From positions 8,432,001-8,496,000 of the forward strand of contig OZ024766.1 of NCBI GenBank assembly GCA_964016885.1: 64,000 bases of DNA, read 5' to 3'. The notes below the pieces were generated by a model that was not told the DNA's origin, searched no databases, and saw nothing but the letters and a program-made list of their open reading frames with translations. The DNA is from Eledone cirrhosa. Its lineage: Eukaryota. The translations under genes were made by a program, and so were the position numbers. Shown here one piece after another: positions 34,716 to 48,500 of the stretch; the first letter of the stretch is position 1, and the number at the start of each line of letters is the position of its first letter.

Positions 34716-36017
34716 TCTTCGTTGCTGTGTGGGTCTGAGACTTGGACACTAACCAAGAAACTCACTCAGATGGTGGATGGGTGCTTCACGAGAATGCTGA
34801 GGATGGCTCTGAACATTAATCAGTATACACTGAGGATGAAAAACTCAGAGCTGTACGGGGGCCTCCCAAAAGTCAGCTCGATAGTAACACAGAGGAGAGT
34901 GAGGTTAGCTGGACATGCTCACCGACATCCAGAGTTGACACTGCACTCAGTACTCCTGTGGGAGCCCCTACATGGACACACTAGGTTAGCTGGACATGCT
35001 CTCCGACATCCAGAGTTGACACTGCACTCAGTGCTCCTGTGGGAGCCCCTACATGGACACACTGGTTTAGCTGGACATGCTCTCCGACATCCAGAGTTGA
35101 CACTGCACTCAGTGCTCCTGTGGGAGCCCCTACACGTACACACTGGGTTAGCTGGACATGCTCACCGACATCCAGAGTTGACACTGCACTCAGTGCTCCT
35201 GTGGGAGCCCCTACACGGACACACTGGGTTAGCTGGACATGCTCTCCGACATCCAGAGTTGACACTGCACTCAGTGCTCCTGTGGGAGCCCCTACACGGA
35301 CACACTGGGTTAGCTGGACATGCTCACCGACATCCAGAGTTGACACTGCACTCAGTGCTCCTGTGGGAGCCCCTACACGGACACACTGGGTTAGCTGGAC
35401 ATGCTCTCCGACATCCAGAGTTGACACTGCACTCAGTGCTCCTGTGGGAGCCCCTACATGGACACACTGGTTTAGCTGGACATGCTCTCCGACATCCAGA
35501 GTTGACACTGCACTCAGTGCTCCTGTGGGAGCCCCTACACGGACACACTGGGTTAGCTGGACATGCTCACCGACATCCAGAGTTGACACTGCACTCAGTG
35601 CTCCTGTGGGAGCCCCTACACGGACACACTGGGTTAGCTGGACATGCTCTCCGACATCCAGAGTTGACACTGCACTCAGTGCTCCTGTGGGAGCCCCTAC
35701 ACGGACACACTGGGTTAGCTGGACATGCTCTCCGACATCCAGAGTTGACACTGCACTCAGTGCTCCTGTGGGAGCCCCTACACGGACACACTGGGTTAGC
35801 TGGACATGCTCACCGACATCCAGAGTTGACACTGCACTCAGTGCTCCTGTGGGAGCCCCAACACAGACACACTGGAAGAGGAAGACGAAGGTTGACTTAT
35901 GTTGATGCCCTAAGGACAGACACTGGTCTATTGGAGACGCAGGACATGGCAGCAATAATGAGGGACAGAGACCGCTGGAGAGAACTCGTCCATGGATCTC
36001 GGGAATTTTAGCCACCC
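34716..36017 (+). mobile_element. 5'-truncated LINE family C with 12 in-frame 81-bp repeats
   Basis: LLCGSETWTLTKK...RRVRLAGHAHRHPE...RGRRRLTYVD...RDRWRELV is a LINE RT C-terminus. Confidence 0.9.
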
Positions 36018-36088
36018 TAGATAGATAGGTAGGTAGATAGATATGACACACAGACAGACAGAAAGAAAGAAAGAAAGCAGTAACTTAC

Positions 36089-36211
36089 GACATCTTGGAC
36101 AAAACTGACCACTTCGACATATCTCCGTTTTAGCTGTTTGACCTCTTCTTTGATTTTACTGAAATGTTCATCATACACACTGTCCAGTGGCTTAAATGTA
36201 TGACCAGTGTG
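36089..36211 (-). CDS. TRIM37: TRIM37 exon, B-box end/coiled coil (HTGHTFKPLDSVYDEHFSKIKEEVKQLKRRYVEVVSFVQDV)
   Basis: 123 nt, CAG/GTAAG, phase 0 to 0. Confidence 0.95.
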
Positions 36212-36268
36212 CTGAAATAATACAGTAATATATACACATATTACACAAATATGACCCTCCCCAAGTAT

Positions 36269-36297
<29 letters not shown>

Positions 36298-36300
<3 letters not shown>

Positions 36301-37286
36301 CATCATCATCGTTTAACATCCAACTTCCACACTTGCATGGGTTTAGACGGGAGTTTTCCCACTTGAGGCAAGTTGCTGTACGGGTCTGAGACTTGGACAC
36401 TGACTAAGAAACTCACTCAGATGGTGGATGGGTGCTACACGAGAATGCTGAAGATGGCTCTGAACATTAATCAGTATACACTGAGGATGAAGAACTCAGA
36501 GCTGTACGGGAGCCTCCCAAAAGTCAGCTCGATAGTAACACAGAGGAGACTGAGGTTAGCTGGACATGCTCACCAACATCCAGAGTAGACATTGCACTCA
36601 TCGTTTAACGTCCAACTTCCACGGGTTTAGACGGGAGTTTTCCCACTTGAGGCAAGATTGGTTGTCCTGCTCGTATAGGACTGTCTGGCAGGTTTTCTAC
36701 AGCTGGATGCCCTTCCTAACACCAACCACATTTCCAGTGTGGACTGGGAGGTTTTTACCGTGTTACCTACACGGCCACATTACAGCGTGGACTGTGTGTT
36801 TTTTTTGTCGTGACACCTACACGTCTGGTGGGTTTTCTACGGCTGGATGCCCTTCCTAACACCAACCACATTTCCAGTGTGGACTGGGAGGTTTTTACCG
36901 TGTTACCTACACGGCCACATTACAGCGTGGACTGTGTGTTTTTTTTGTCGTGACACCTACACGTCTGGTGGGTTTTCTACGGCTGGATGCCCTTCCTAAC
37001 ACCAACCACGTTTACAGTGTGGACTGGGAGGTTTTTACCGTGTTACCTACACAGCCACATTACAGCTTGGACTGGGAGGTTTTTTTTGTTGTGACACCTA
37101 CACGACCTCATTTGTTTCGGACTGGATGTTGTGGTACCAACATAACTTCACATTTAAGGGGGTGGTGTGGATAGGGTAGGGGTGGTGTGGATGGGGTAGG
37201 GGTAGTGGGACAGGGGTGTATTTTTGTTAGAGGTGCCTACTGACTGTAGGTTTCGCTTTGTACTTAGGCAAGGCGGGTCTTCTGTA
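36298..37286. mobile_element. Family D retroposon (-) with a LINE family C fragment (+, 36372-36598) nested near its tail
   Basis: LLYGSETWTLTKK...LAGHAHQHPE lies between two copies of the family D tail. Confidence 0.75.
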
Positions 37287-37346
37287 TTTTTAAGCTTGTT
37301 GAATCCTAACAAATTAAATATAACCTCTGCATATATATATATGTAT

Positions 37347-40300
37347 ATCATCATCATCATTTTACGTCCACTTTTCCCTGCTTGCAAGGGTGGGATGGGT
37401 CTTATTCAGCACACCATCTCTCCACTCGTCACGGTCCTTCGTCATCTCCACCGTGAGCTTCAGCGATCTGAGGTCTGTTCTCACCACCTCCGCCCATGTT
37501 TTTTGTGGTCTACCTCTACCACGTCTTCCTTCAACTGGCAATTCCTGGCACTTCTTCACCCATCAGTCATCCTCCATGCGCATCACATGTCCATACCACC
37601 TCAGTCTCCTCTCTCGCACACTACATTCTATCCCTCTCAGACAGTTTCTCTCTCAACACATCACATGTCCATACCACCTCAGTCTCCTCTCCCGTACACT
37701 ACATTCTATCCCTCTCAGACACAGTTTCTCTCTCAACACATCACATGTCCATACCACCTCAGTCTCCTCTCCCGCACACTACATTCTATCCCTCTCAGAC
37801 ACAGTTTCTCTCTCAACACATCACATGTCCATACCACCTCAGTCTCCTCTCCCGTACACTACATTCTATCCCTCTCAGACACAGTTTCTCTCTCAACACA
37901 TCACATGTCCATACCACCCCAGTCTCCTCTCTCGCACACTACATTCTATCCCTCTCAGACACAGTTTCTCTCTCAACACATCACATGTCCATACCACCTC
38001 AGTCTCCTCTCTCGCACACTACATTCTATCCCTCTCAGACAGTTTCTCTCTCAACACATCACATGTCCATACCACCTCAGTCTCCTCTCCCGTACACTAC
38101 ATTCTATCCCTCTCAGACACAGTTTCTCCTCAACACATCACATGTCCATACCACCTCAGTCTCCTCTCCCGTACACTACATTCTATCCCTCTCAGACACA
38201 GTTTCTCTCTCAACACATCACATGTCCATACCACCTCAGTCTCCTCTCCCGTACACTACATTCTATCCCTCTCAGACACAGTTTCTCTCTCAACACATCA
38301 CATGTCCATACCACCTCAGTCTCCTCTCCCGTACACTACATTCTATCCCTCTCAGACACAGTTTCTCTCTCAACACATCACATGTCCATACCACCTCAGT
38401 CTCCTCTCCCGTACACTACATTCTATCCCTCTCAGACACAGTTTCTCTCTCAACACATCACATGTCCATACCATCTCAGTCTCCTCTCTCGCACACTACA
38501 TTCTATCCCTCTCAGACACAGTTTCTCTCTCAACACATCACATGTCCATACCACCTCAGTCTCCTCTCCCGTACACTACATTCTATCCCTCTCAGACACA
38601 GTTTCTCTCTCAACACATCACATGTCCATACCACCTCAGTCTCCTCTCTCGTACACTACATTCTATCCCTCTCAGACACAGTTTCTCTCTCAACACATTA
38701 CATGTCCATACCACCTCAGTCTCCTCTCTCGTACACTACATTCTATCCCTCTCAGACACAGTTTCTCTCTCAACACATTACATGTCCATACCACCTCAGT
38801 CTCCTCTCTCGCACACTACATTCTATCCCTCTCAGACACACTTTCTCTCTTAAAGTATCACATGTCCATACCACCTCAGTCTCCTCTCTCGCACACTACA
38901 TTCTATCCCTCTCAGACACAGTTTCTCTCTCAACACATTCACATGTCCATACCACTTCAGTCTCCTCTCCCGTACACTACATTCTATCCCTCTCAGACAC
39001 AGTTTCTCTCTCATCACATCACATGTCCATACCACCTCAGTCTCCTCTCTCGCACACTACATTCTATCCCTCTCAGACACAGTTTCTCTCTCAACACATC
39101 ACATGTCCATACCACCTCAGTCTCCTCTCCCGTACACTACATTCTATCCCTCTCAGACACAGTTTCTCTCTCAACACATCACATGTCCATACCACCTCAG
39201 TCTCCTCTCTCGCACACTACATTCTATCCCTCTCAGACACAGTTTCTCTCCCAACACATCACATGTCCATACCACCTCAGTCTCCTCTCTCGCACACTAC
39301 ATTCTATCCCTCTCAGACACAGTTTCTCTCCCAACACATCACATGTCCATGCCACCTCAGTCTCCTCTCTCGTACACTACATTCTATCCCTCTCAGACAC
39401 AGTTTCTCTCTCAACACATCACATGTCCATACCACTTCAGTCTCCTCTCCCGTACACTACATTCTATCCCTCTCAGACACAGTTTCTCTCTCAACACATC
39501 ACATGTCCATACCACCTCAGTCTCCTCTCCCGTACACTACATTCTATCCCTCTCAACACATCACATGTCCATACCACCTCAGTCTCCTCTCCCGTACACT
39601 ACATTCTATCCCTCTCAGACACAGTTTCTCTCTCAACACATCACATGTCCATACCACCTCAGTCTCCTCTCCCGTACACTACATTCTATCCCTCTTAGAC
39701 ACAGTTTCTCTCTCAACACATCACATGTCCATACCACCTCAGTCTCCTCTCCCGTACACTACATTCTATCCCTCTCAGACACAGTTTCTCTCTCATCACA
39801 TCACATGTCCATACCACCTCAGTCTCCTCTCTCGCACACTACATTCTATCCCTCTCAGACACAGTTTCTCTCTCAACACATCACATGTCCATACCACCTC
39901 AGTCTCCTCTCCCGTACACTACATTCTATCCCTCTCAGACACAGTTTCTCTCTCAACACATCACATGTCCATACCACCTCAGTCTCCTCTCTCGCACACT
40001 ACATTCTATCCCTCTCAGACACAGTTTCTCTCCCAACACATCACATGTCCATACCACCTCAGTCTCCTCTCTCGTACACTACATTCTATCCCTCTCAGAC
40101 ACAGTTTCTCTCTCAACACATCACATGTCCATACCACCTCAGTCTCCTCTCCCGTACACTACATTCTATACTTCTCAGACACAGTTTCTCTCTCAACACA
40201 TCACATGTCCATACCACCTCAGTCTCCTCTCCCGTACACTACATTCTATCCCTCTCAGACACAGTTTCTCTCTCAACACATCACATGTCCATACCACCTC

Positions 40301-40725
40301 AGTCTCCTCTCCCGTACACTACATTCTATCCCTCTCAGACACAGTTTCTCTCCCAACACATCACATGTCCATACCACCTCAGTCACCTCTCTCGTACACT
40401 ACATTCTATCCCTCTCAGACACAGTTTCTCTCTCAACACATCACATGTCCATACCACCTCAGTCTCCTCTCTCGTACACAACATTCTATCCCTCTCAGAC
40501 ACAGTTTCTCTCTCAACACATCACATGTCCATACCACCTCAGTCTCCTCTCCCGTACACTACATTCTATCCCTCTCAGACACAGTTTCTCTCTCAACACA
40601 TCACATGTCCATACCACCTCAGTCTCCTCTCCCGTACACTACATTCTATCCCTCTCAGACACAGTTTCTCTCTCAACACATTTATGCTGGGTTGTTCACG
40701 CACATTTATATTGCACATCCAACGT
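37347..40725 (-). mobile_element. Truncated RTE LINE family B with ~39 tandem 80-bp units (37583-40680)
   Basis: LINE tail on the left, LINE coding sequence resumes on the right of the array. Confidence 0.93.
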
Positions 40726-40903
40726 TTTCTTGTTGCTTTGGTCCCTGCGGCTGGCTCACCGGTCGCAGTCTTCAATTTGCAAAGCTGTCTAAACATAATG
40801 TTATTACTCTAAGGTAAAATACCTTGAGTGCTGAGCTGCACATTCCGATTGCATTCGTTAACTTAGCTGCAGCCCGAGCTTCGATTATGCTGTACTTCCA
40901 TTT

Positions 40904-41246
40904 GTAGAGACACATGGCTTAGTGGTTAGAGCATTGGCCTTGCAATCGAAAGGTTGTGAGTTCAATTCTCAGACCGGGTGATGTGTTGTTTCCTTGAGCA
41001 AGACACTTTATTTCACATTGCTCCAGTTTACTCAGCTGTAGAAATGAGATGACAGGGACTGGGGTCCCTATCATTCCACTGCAAAGTGGTCGTGGAGGTG
41101 CCACGGCAAAAAAGCACCCAGCACTCTCTGTAAAATGAGGTTGGTGTTAGGAAGGGCATCCAGCTGTAGAAATCAAGCGAGAATCTGTTCCCGTCCCACC
41201 CTTGCAAGCAGGGAAAAAGCAGACGTAAAATGAAATGATGATGATG
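40904..41246 (+). mobile_element. SINE family 1
   Basis: Full copy. Confidence 0.9.
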
Positions 41247-41300
41247 AGAGAGGAAAGTCAAAAACAATCAAAAACAGTAGAAAGATGTGACGAAGCTCAC

Positions 41301-41388
41301 CGTTCCTCCCCAAAGGGCACATTTGTGACATATTGACTGTCGACAGATCCAACAGTAGACGCTGAGTTTCTCTTGGTGTTCTTCACAT
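41301..41388 (-). CDS. TRIM37: TRIM37 exon, B-box ([29 protein letters not shown])
   Basis: 88 nt, TAG/GTGAG boundaries, B-box2 Cys/His pattern. Confidence 0.95.
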
Positions 41389-41419
41389 CTACAACAACAA
41401 CAGGGTATCATTATATAAG

Positions 41420-41670
41420 GGGGCAGTGGATTGGCAGTATTGGTAGAGGGTCGGACGCCATGCTTTCCAGCATAGTTACGTCCCTTTACGATCTGAGTTC
41501 AAATCCCGCCGAGGTTAACTTTGCCTTTCATCCTTACAGGGTCGATAAAATAAAGTACCAGTAATACACTGGGTGATTGCTGGCCTTGTGCCTAAAGTAG
41601 AGACAATTATATAAAGTACCAGTAATACACTGAGATACTTGCTGGCCTTGTGCCAAAAGTAGAAACAATT
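41420..41670 (+). mobile_element. SINE family 2 with duplicated tail
   Basis: Homologous to 24200-24382. Confidence 0.8.
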
Positions 41671-41741
41671 ACATGAATGTATCAGTTTGACCCTGAACAT
41701 CCTGTTCCACATGAAACCACATTAGCAAGGCATTCTTGGAA

Positions 41742-42298
41742 AGTACAAAATAGTACTATGCCTGTATCACATTAAATATTAAAGTCTTTACGTAATACTG
41801 TAAATTTTCACAACAATCTGTCCACCAGTAAAGATACTATAAACATTTAGTACAAAACAACACTATGACTACATCACATTAAATATTAAAGTCTTTACTG
41901 TAATACTGTAAATTTTCACAACAATCTGTCCACCAGTAAAGATACTATAAACATTTAGTACAAAACAACACTATGACTACATCACATTAAATATTAAAGT
42001 CTTTACTGTAATACTGTAAATATTCACAACAATCTGTCCACCAGTAAAGATACTATAAACATTTAGTACAAAACAACACTATGACTACATCACATTAAAT
42101 ATTAAAGGCTTTACTGTAATACTGTAAATTGTCACAACAATCTGTCCACCAGTAAAGATACTATAAACATTTAGTACAAAACAACACTATGACTACATCA
42201 CATTAAATATTAAAGGCTTTACTGTAATACTGTAAATTGTCACAACAATCTGTCCACCAGTAAAGATACTATAAACATTTAGTTCAAAACAACACTAT
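41742..42298. repeat. 108-bp tandem repeat (~5 copies)
   Basis: TCCACCAGTAAAGATAC at 41821, 41929, 42037 and onward. Confidence 0.93.
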
Positions 42299-42354
42299 GG
42301 TGGTGATGAGGAGTAGTAAGACAAGGGTTAGGTGAAAGGGTCTGCCATACGTAC

Positions 42355-42474
42355 CTGTCCTTCTCGCAGTCGTCCACTTTAGATGGGAGGGTGTAGTGCT
42401 GTAGAGAGTCCAACTGCTGGGTTACCTCCTCCACCCAGCGGCAGTTGACCAGTTCATGAAGGTGCAGAGAGGCC
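42355..42474 (-). CDS. TRIM37: TRIM37 exon ([39 protein letters not shown])
   Basis: AG/GT boundaries, phase 2 to 2; matches TRIM37 [21 protein letters not shown]. Confidence 0.95.
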
Positions 42475-42539
42475 CTGTTAAAGGGGGGTTGTAAACAGAC
42501 AGACGTGAATGTGTAGGTAGTGGTGTGGGCTAAAGAACA

Positions 42540-45500
42540 AGGACACATTAGATAATGTAGTCCTAGATACACTGTGTCTGTATATAAGACAGGACACATT
42601 AGATAATGTAGTCCTAGGTACACTGTGTCTGTATATAAGACAGGACACATTAGATAATGTAGTCCTAGATACACTGTGTCTGTATATAAGACAGGACACA
42701 TTAGATAATGTAGTCCTAGGTACACTGTGTCTGTATATAAGACAGGACACATTAGATAATGTAGTCCTAGATACTCTGTGTCTGTATATAAGACAGGACA
42801 CATTAGATAATGTAGTCCTAGATACACTGTGTCTGTATATAAGACAGGACACATTAGATAATGTAGTCCTAGGTACACTGTGTCTGTATATAAGACAGGA
42901 CACATTAGATAATGTAGTCCTAGGTAGACTGTGTCTGTATATAAGACAGGACACATTAGATAATGTAGTCCTAGGTACACTGTGTCTGTATATAAGACAG
43001 GACACATTAGATAATGTAGTCCTAGGTACACTGTGTCTGTATATAAGACAGGACACATTAGATAATGTAGTCCTAGATACTCTGTGTCTGTATATAAGAC
43101 AGGACACATTAGATAATGTAGTCCTAGATACACTGTGTCTGTATATAAGACAGGACACATTAGATAATGTAGTCCTAGGTACACTGTGTCTGTATATAAG
43201 ACAGGACACATTAGATAATGTAGTCCTAGGTAGACTGTGTCTGTATATAAGACAGGACACATTAGATAATGTAGTCCTAGGTACACTGTGTCTGTATATA
43301 AGACAGGACACATTAGATAATGTAGTCCTAGGTACACTGTGTCTGTATATAAGACAGGACACATTAGATAATGTAGTCCTAGATACTCTGTGTCTGTATA
43401 TAAGACAGGACACATTAGATAATGTAGTCCTAGATACACTGTGTCTGTATATAAGACAGGACACATTAGATAATGTAGTCCTAGGTACACTGTGTCTGTA
43501 TATAAGACAGGACACATTAGATAATGTAGTCCTAGGTAGACTGTGTCTGTATATAAGACAGGACACATTAGATAATGTAGTCCTAGGTACACTGTGTCTG
43601 TATATAAGACAGGACACATTAGATAATGTAGTCCTAGGTACACTGTGTCTGTATATAAGACAGGACACATTAGATAATGTAGTCCTAGATACTCTGTGTC
43701 TGTATATAAGACAGGACACATTAGATAATGTAGTCCTAGATACACTGTGTCTGTATATAAGACAGGACACATTAGATAATGTAGTCCTAGGTACACTGTG
43801 TCTGTATATAAGACAGGACACATTAGATAATGTAGTCCTAGGTACACTGTGTCTGTATATAAGACAGGACACATTAGATATGTAGTCCTAGGTACACTGT
43901 GTCTGTATATAAGACAGGACACATTAGATAATGTAGTCCTAGATACTCTGTGTCTGTATATAAGACAGGACACATTAGATAATGTAGTCCTAGGTAGACT
44001 GTGTCTGTATATAAGACAGGACACATTAGATAATGTAGTCCTAGATAGACTGTGTCTGTATATAAGACAGGACACATTAGATAATGTAGTCCTAGATACA
44101 CTGTGTCTGTATATAAGACAGGACACATTAGATAATGTAGTCCTAGATACACTGTGTCTGTATATAAGACAGGACACATTAGATATTGTAGTCCTAGGTA
44201 CACTGTGTCTGTATATAAGACAGGACACATTAGATAATGTAGTCCTAGATAGACTGTGTCTGTATATAAGACAGGACACATTAGATAATGTAGTCCTAGA
44301 TACACTGTGTCTGTATATAAGACAGGACACATTAGATAATGTAGTCCTAGGTACACTGTGTCTGTATATAAGACAGGACACATTAGATAATGTAGTCCTA
44401 GATACACTGTGTCTGTATATAAGACAGGACACATTGGATAATGTAGTCCTAGATACTCTGTGTCTGTATATAAGACAGGACACATTAGATAATGTAGTCC
44501 TAGGTAGACTGTGTCTGTATATAAGACAGGACACATTAGATAATGTAGTCCTAGATAGACTGTGTCTGTATATAAGACAGGACACATTAGATAATGTAGT
44601 CCTAGATACACTGTGTCTGTATATAAGACAGGACACATTAGATAATGTAGTCCTAGATACACTGTGTCTGTATATAAGACAGGACACATTAGATATTGTA
44701 GTCCTAGGTACACTGTGTCTGTATATAAGACAGGACACATTAGATAATGTAGTCCTAGATAGACTGTGTCTGTATATAAGACAGGACACATTAGATAATG
44801 TAGTCCTAGATACACTGTGTCTGTATATAAGACAAGACACATTAGATAATGTAGTCCTAGGTAGACTGTGTCTGTATATAAGACAGGACACATTAGATAA
44901 TGTAGTCCTAGGTACACTGTGTCTGTATATAAGACAGGACACATTAGATAATGTAGTCCTAGGTACACTGTGTCTGTATATAAGACAGGACACATTAGAT
45001 AATGTAGTCCTAGATAGACTGTGTCTGTATATAAGACAGGACACATTAGATAATGTAGTCCTAGATACTCTGTGTCTGTATATAAGACAGGACACATTAG
45101 ATAATGTAGTCCTAGATAGACTGTGTCTGTATATAAGACAGGACACATTAGATAATGTAGTCCTAGATACACTGTGTCTGTATATAAGACAGGACACATT
45201 AGATAATGTAGTCCTAGATACACTGTGTCTGTATATAAGACAGGACACATTAGATAATGTAGTCCTAGATACACTGTGTCTGTATATAAGACAGGACACA
45301 TTAGATAATGTAGTCCTAGATACACTGTGTCTGTATATAAGACAGGACACATTAGATAATGTAGTCCTAGATAGACTGTGTCTGTATATAAGACAGGACA
45401 CATTAGATAATGTAGTCCTAGATACACTGTGTCTGTATATAAGACAGGACACATTAGATAATGTAGTCCTAGATACACTGTGTCTGTATATAAGACAGGA

Positions 45501-48500
45501 CACATTAGATAATGTAGTCCTAGATACACTGTGTCTGTATATAAGACAGGACACATTAGATAATGTAGTCCTAGATAGACTGTGTCTGTATATAAGACAG
45601 GACACATTAGATAATGTAGTCCTAGATACACTGTGTCTGTATATAAGACAGGACACATTAGATAATGTAGTCCTAGATACACTGTGTCTGTATATAAGAC
45701 AGGACACATTAGATAATGTAGTCCTAGATAGACTGTGTCTGTATATAAGACAGGACACATTAGATAATGTAGTCCTAGATAGACTGTGTCTGTATATAAG
45801 ACAGGACACATTAGATAATGTAGTCCTAGATAGACTGTGTCTGTATATAAGACAGGACACATTAGATAATGTAGTCCTAGGTACACTGTGTCTGTATATA
45901 AGACAGGACACATTAGATAATGTAGTCCTAGGTACACTGTGTCTGTATATAAGACAGGACACATTAGATAATGTAGTCCTAGATACACTGTGTCTGTATA
46001 TAAGACAGGACACATTAGATAATGTAGTCCTAGATAGACTGTGTCTGTATATAAGACAGGACACATTAGATAATGTAGTCCTAGATAGACTGTGTCTGTA
46101 TATAAGACAGGACACATTAGATAATGTAGTCCTAGATAGACTGTGTCTGTATATAAGACAGGACACATTAGATAATGTAGTCCTAGATAGACTGTGTCTG
46201 TATATAAGACAGGACACATTAGATAATGTAGTCCTAGGTACACTGTGTCTGTATATAAGACAGGACACATTAGATAATGTAGTCCTAGATACACTGTGTC
46301 TGTATATAAGACAGGACACATTAGATAATGTAGTCCTAGATAGACTGTGTCTGTATATAAGACAGGACACATTAGATAATGTAGTCCTAGATACACTGTG
46401 TCTGTATATAAGACAGGACACATTAGATAATGTAGTCCTAGGTAGACTGTGTCTGTATATAAGACAGGACACATTAGATAATGTAGTCCTAGATATACTG
46501 TGTCTGTATATAAGACAGGACACATTAGATAATGTAGTCCTAGGTACACTGTGTCTGTATATAAGACAAGACACATTAGATAATGTAGTCCTAGGTAGAC
46601 TGTGTCTGTATATATGACAGGACACATTAGATAATGTAGTCCTAGGTACACTGTGTCTGTATATAAGACAGGACACGTTAGATAATGTAGTCCTAGGTAC
46701 ACTGTGTCTGTATATAAGACAGGACACATTAGATAATGTAGTCCTAGATACACTGTGTCTGTATATAAGACAGGACACATTAGATAATGTAGTCCTAGAT
46801 ACACTGTGTCTGTATATATGACAGGACACATTAGATAATGTAGTCCTAGATACACTGTGTCTGTATATAAGACAGGACACATTAGATAATGTAGTCCTAG
46901 GTAGACTGTGTCTGTATATAAGACAGGACACATTAGATAATGTAGTCCTAGATACACTGTGTCTGTATATAAGACAGGACATTAGATAATGTAGTCCTAG
47001 GTAGACTGTGTCTGTATATATGACAGGACACATTAGATAATGTAGTCCTAGGTAGACTGTGTCTGTATATATGACAGGACACATTAGATAATGTAGTCCT
47101 AGGTAGACTGTGTCTGTATATATGACAGGACACATTAGATAATGTAGTCCTAGGTACACTGTGTCTGTATATAAGACAGGACACATTAGATAATGTAGTC
47201 CTAGATACACTGTGTCTGTATATAAGACAGGACACATTAGATAATGTAGTCCTAGGTACACTGTGTCTGTATATAAGACAGGACACATTAGATAATGTAG
47301 TCCTAGGTACACTGTGTCTGTATATAAGACAGGACACATTAGATAATGTAGTCCTAGATACACTGTGTCTGTATATAAGACAGGACACATTAGATAATGT
47401 AGTCCTAGGTACACTGTGTCTGTATATAAGACAGGACACATTAGATAATGTAGTCCTAGATACACTGTGTCTGTATATAAGACAGGACACATTAGATAAT
47501 GTAGTCCTAGGTACACTGTGTCTGTATATAAGACAGGACACATTAGATAATGTAGTCCTAGGTACACTGTGTCTGTATATAAGACAGGACACATTAGATA
47601 ATGTAGTCCTAGGTACACTGTGTCTGTATATAAGACAGGACACATTAGATAATGTAGTCCTAGATACACTGTGTCTGTATATAAGACAGGACACATTAGA
47701 TAATGTAGTCCTAGATACACTGTCTGTATATAAGACAGGACACATTAGATAATGTAGTCCTAGGTAGACTGTGTCTGTATATATGACAGGACACATTAGA
47801 TAATGTAGTCCTAGATAGACTGTGTCTGTATATAAGACAGGACACATTAGATAATGTAGTCCTAGATACACTGTGTCTGTATATAAGACAGGACACATTA
47901 GATAATGTAGTCCTAGATACACTGTGTCTGTATATATGACAGGACACATTAGATAATGTAGTCCTAGGTAGACTGTGTCTGTATATAAGACAGGACACAT
48001 TAGATAATGTAGTCCTAGGGAGACTGTGTCTGTATATAAGACAGGACACATTAGATAATGTAGTCCTAGATACACTGTGTCTGTATATAAGACAGGACAC
48101 ATTAGATAATGTAGTCCTAGGTAGACTGTGTCTGTATATATGACAGGACACATTAGATAATGTAGTCCTAGGTAGACTGTGTCTGTATATATGACAGGAC
48201 ACATTAGATAATGTAGTCCTAGGTACACTGTGTCTGTATATAAGACAGGACACATTAGATAATGTAGTCCTAGATACACTGTGTCTGTATATAAGACAGG
48301 ACACATTAGATAATGTAGTCCTAGGTACACTGTGTCTGTATATAAGACAGGACACATTAGATAATGTAGTCCTAGGTACACTGTGTCTGTATATAAGACA
48401 GGACACATTAGATAATGTAGTCCTAGATACACTGTGTCTGTATATAAGACAGGACACATTAGATAATGTAGTCCTAGGTAGACTGTGTCTGTATATAAGA

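Noticed and set aside
37224-40817. ORFs of 300-1098 aa on the + strand
   Set aside because: Antisense reading of the 80-bp LINE-derived array
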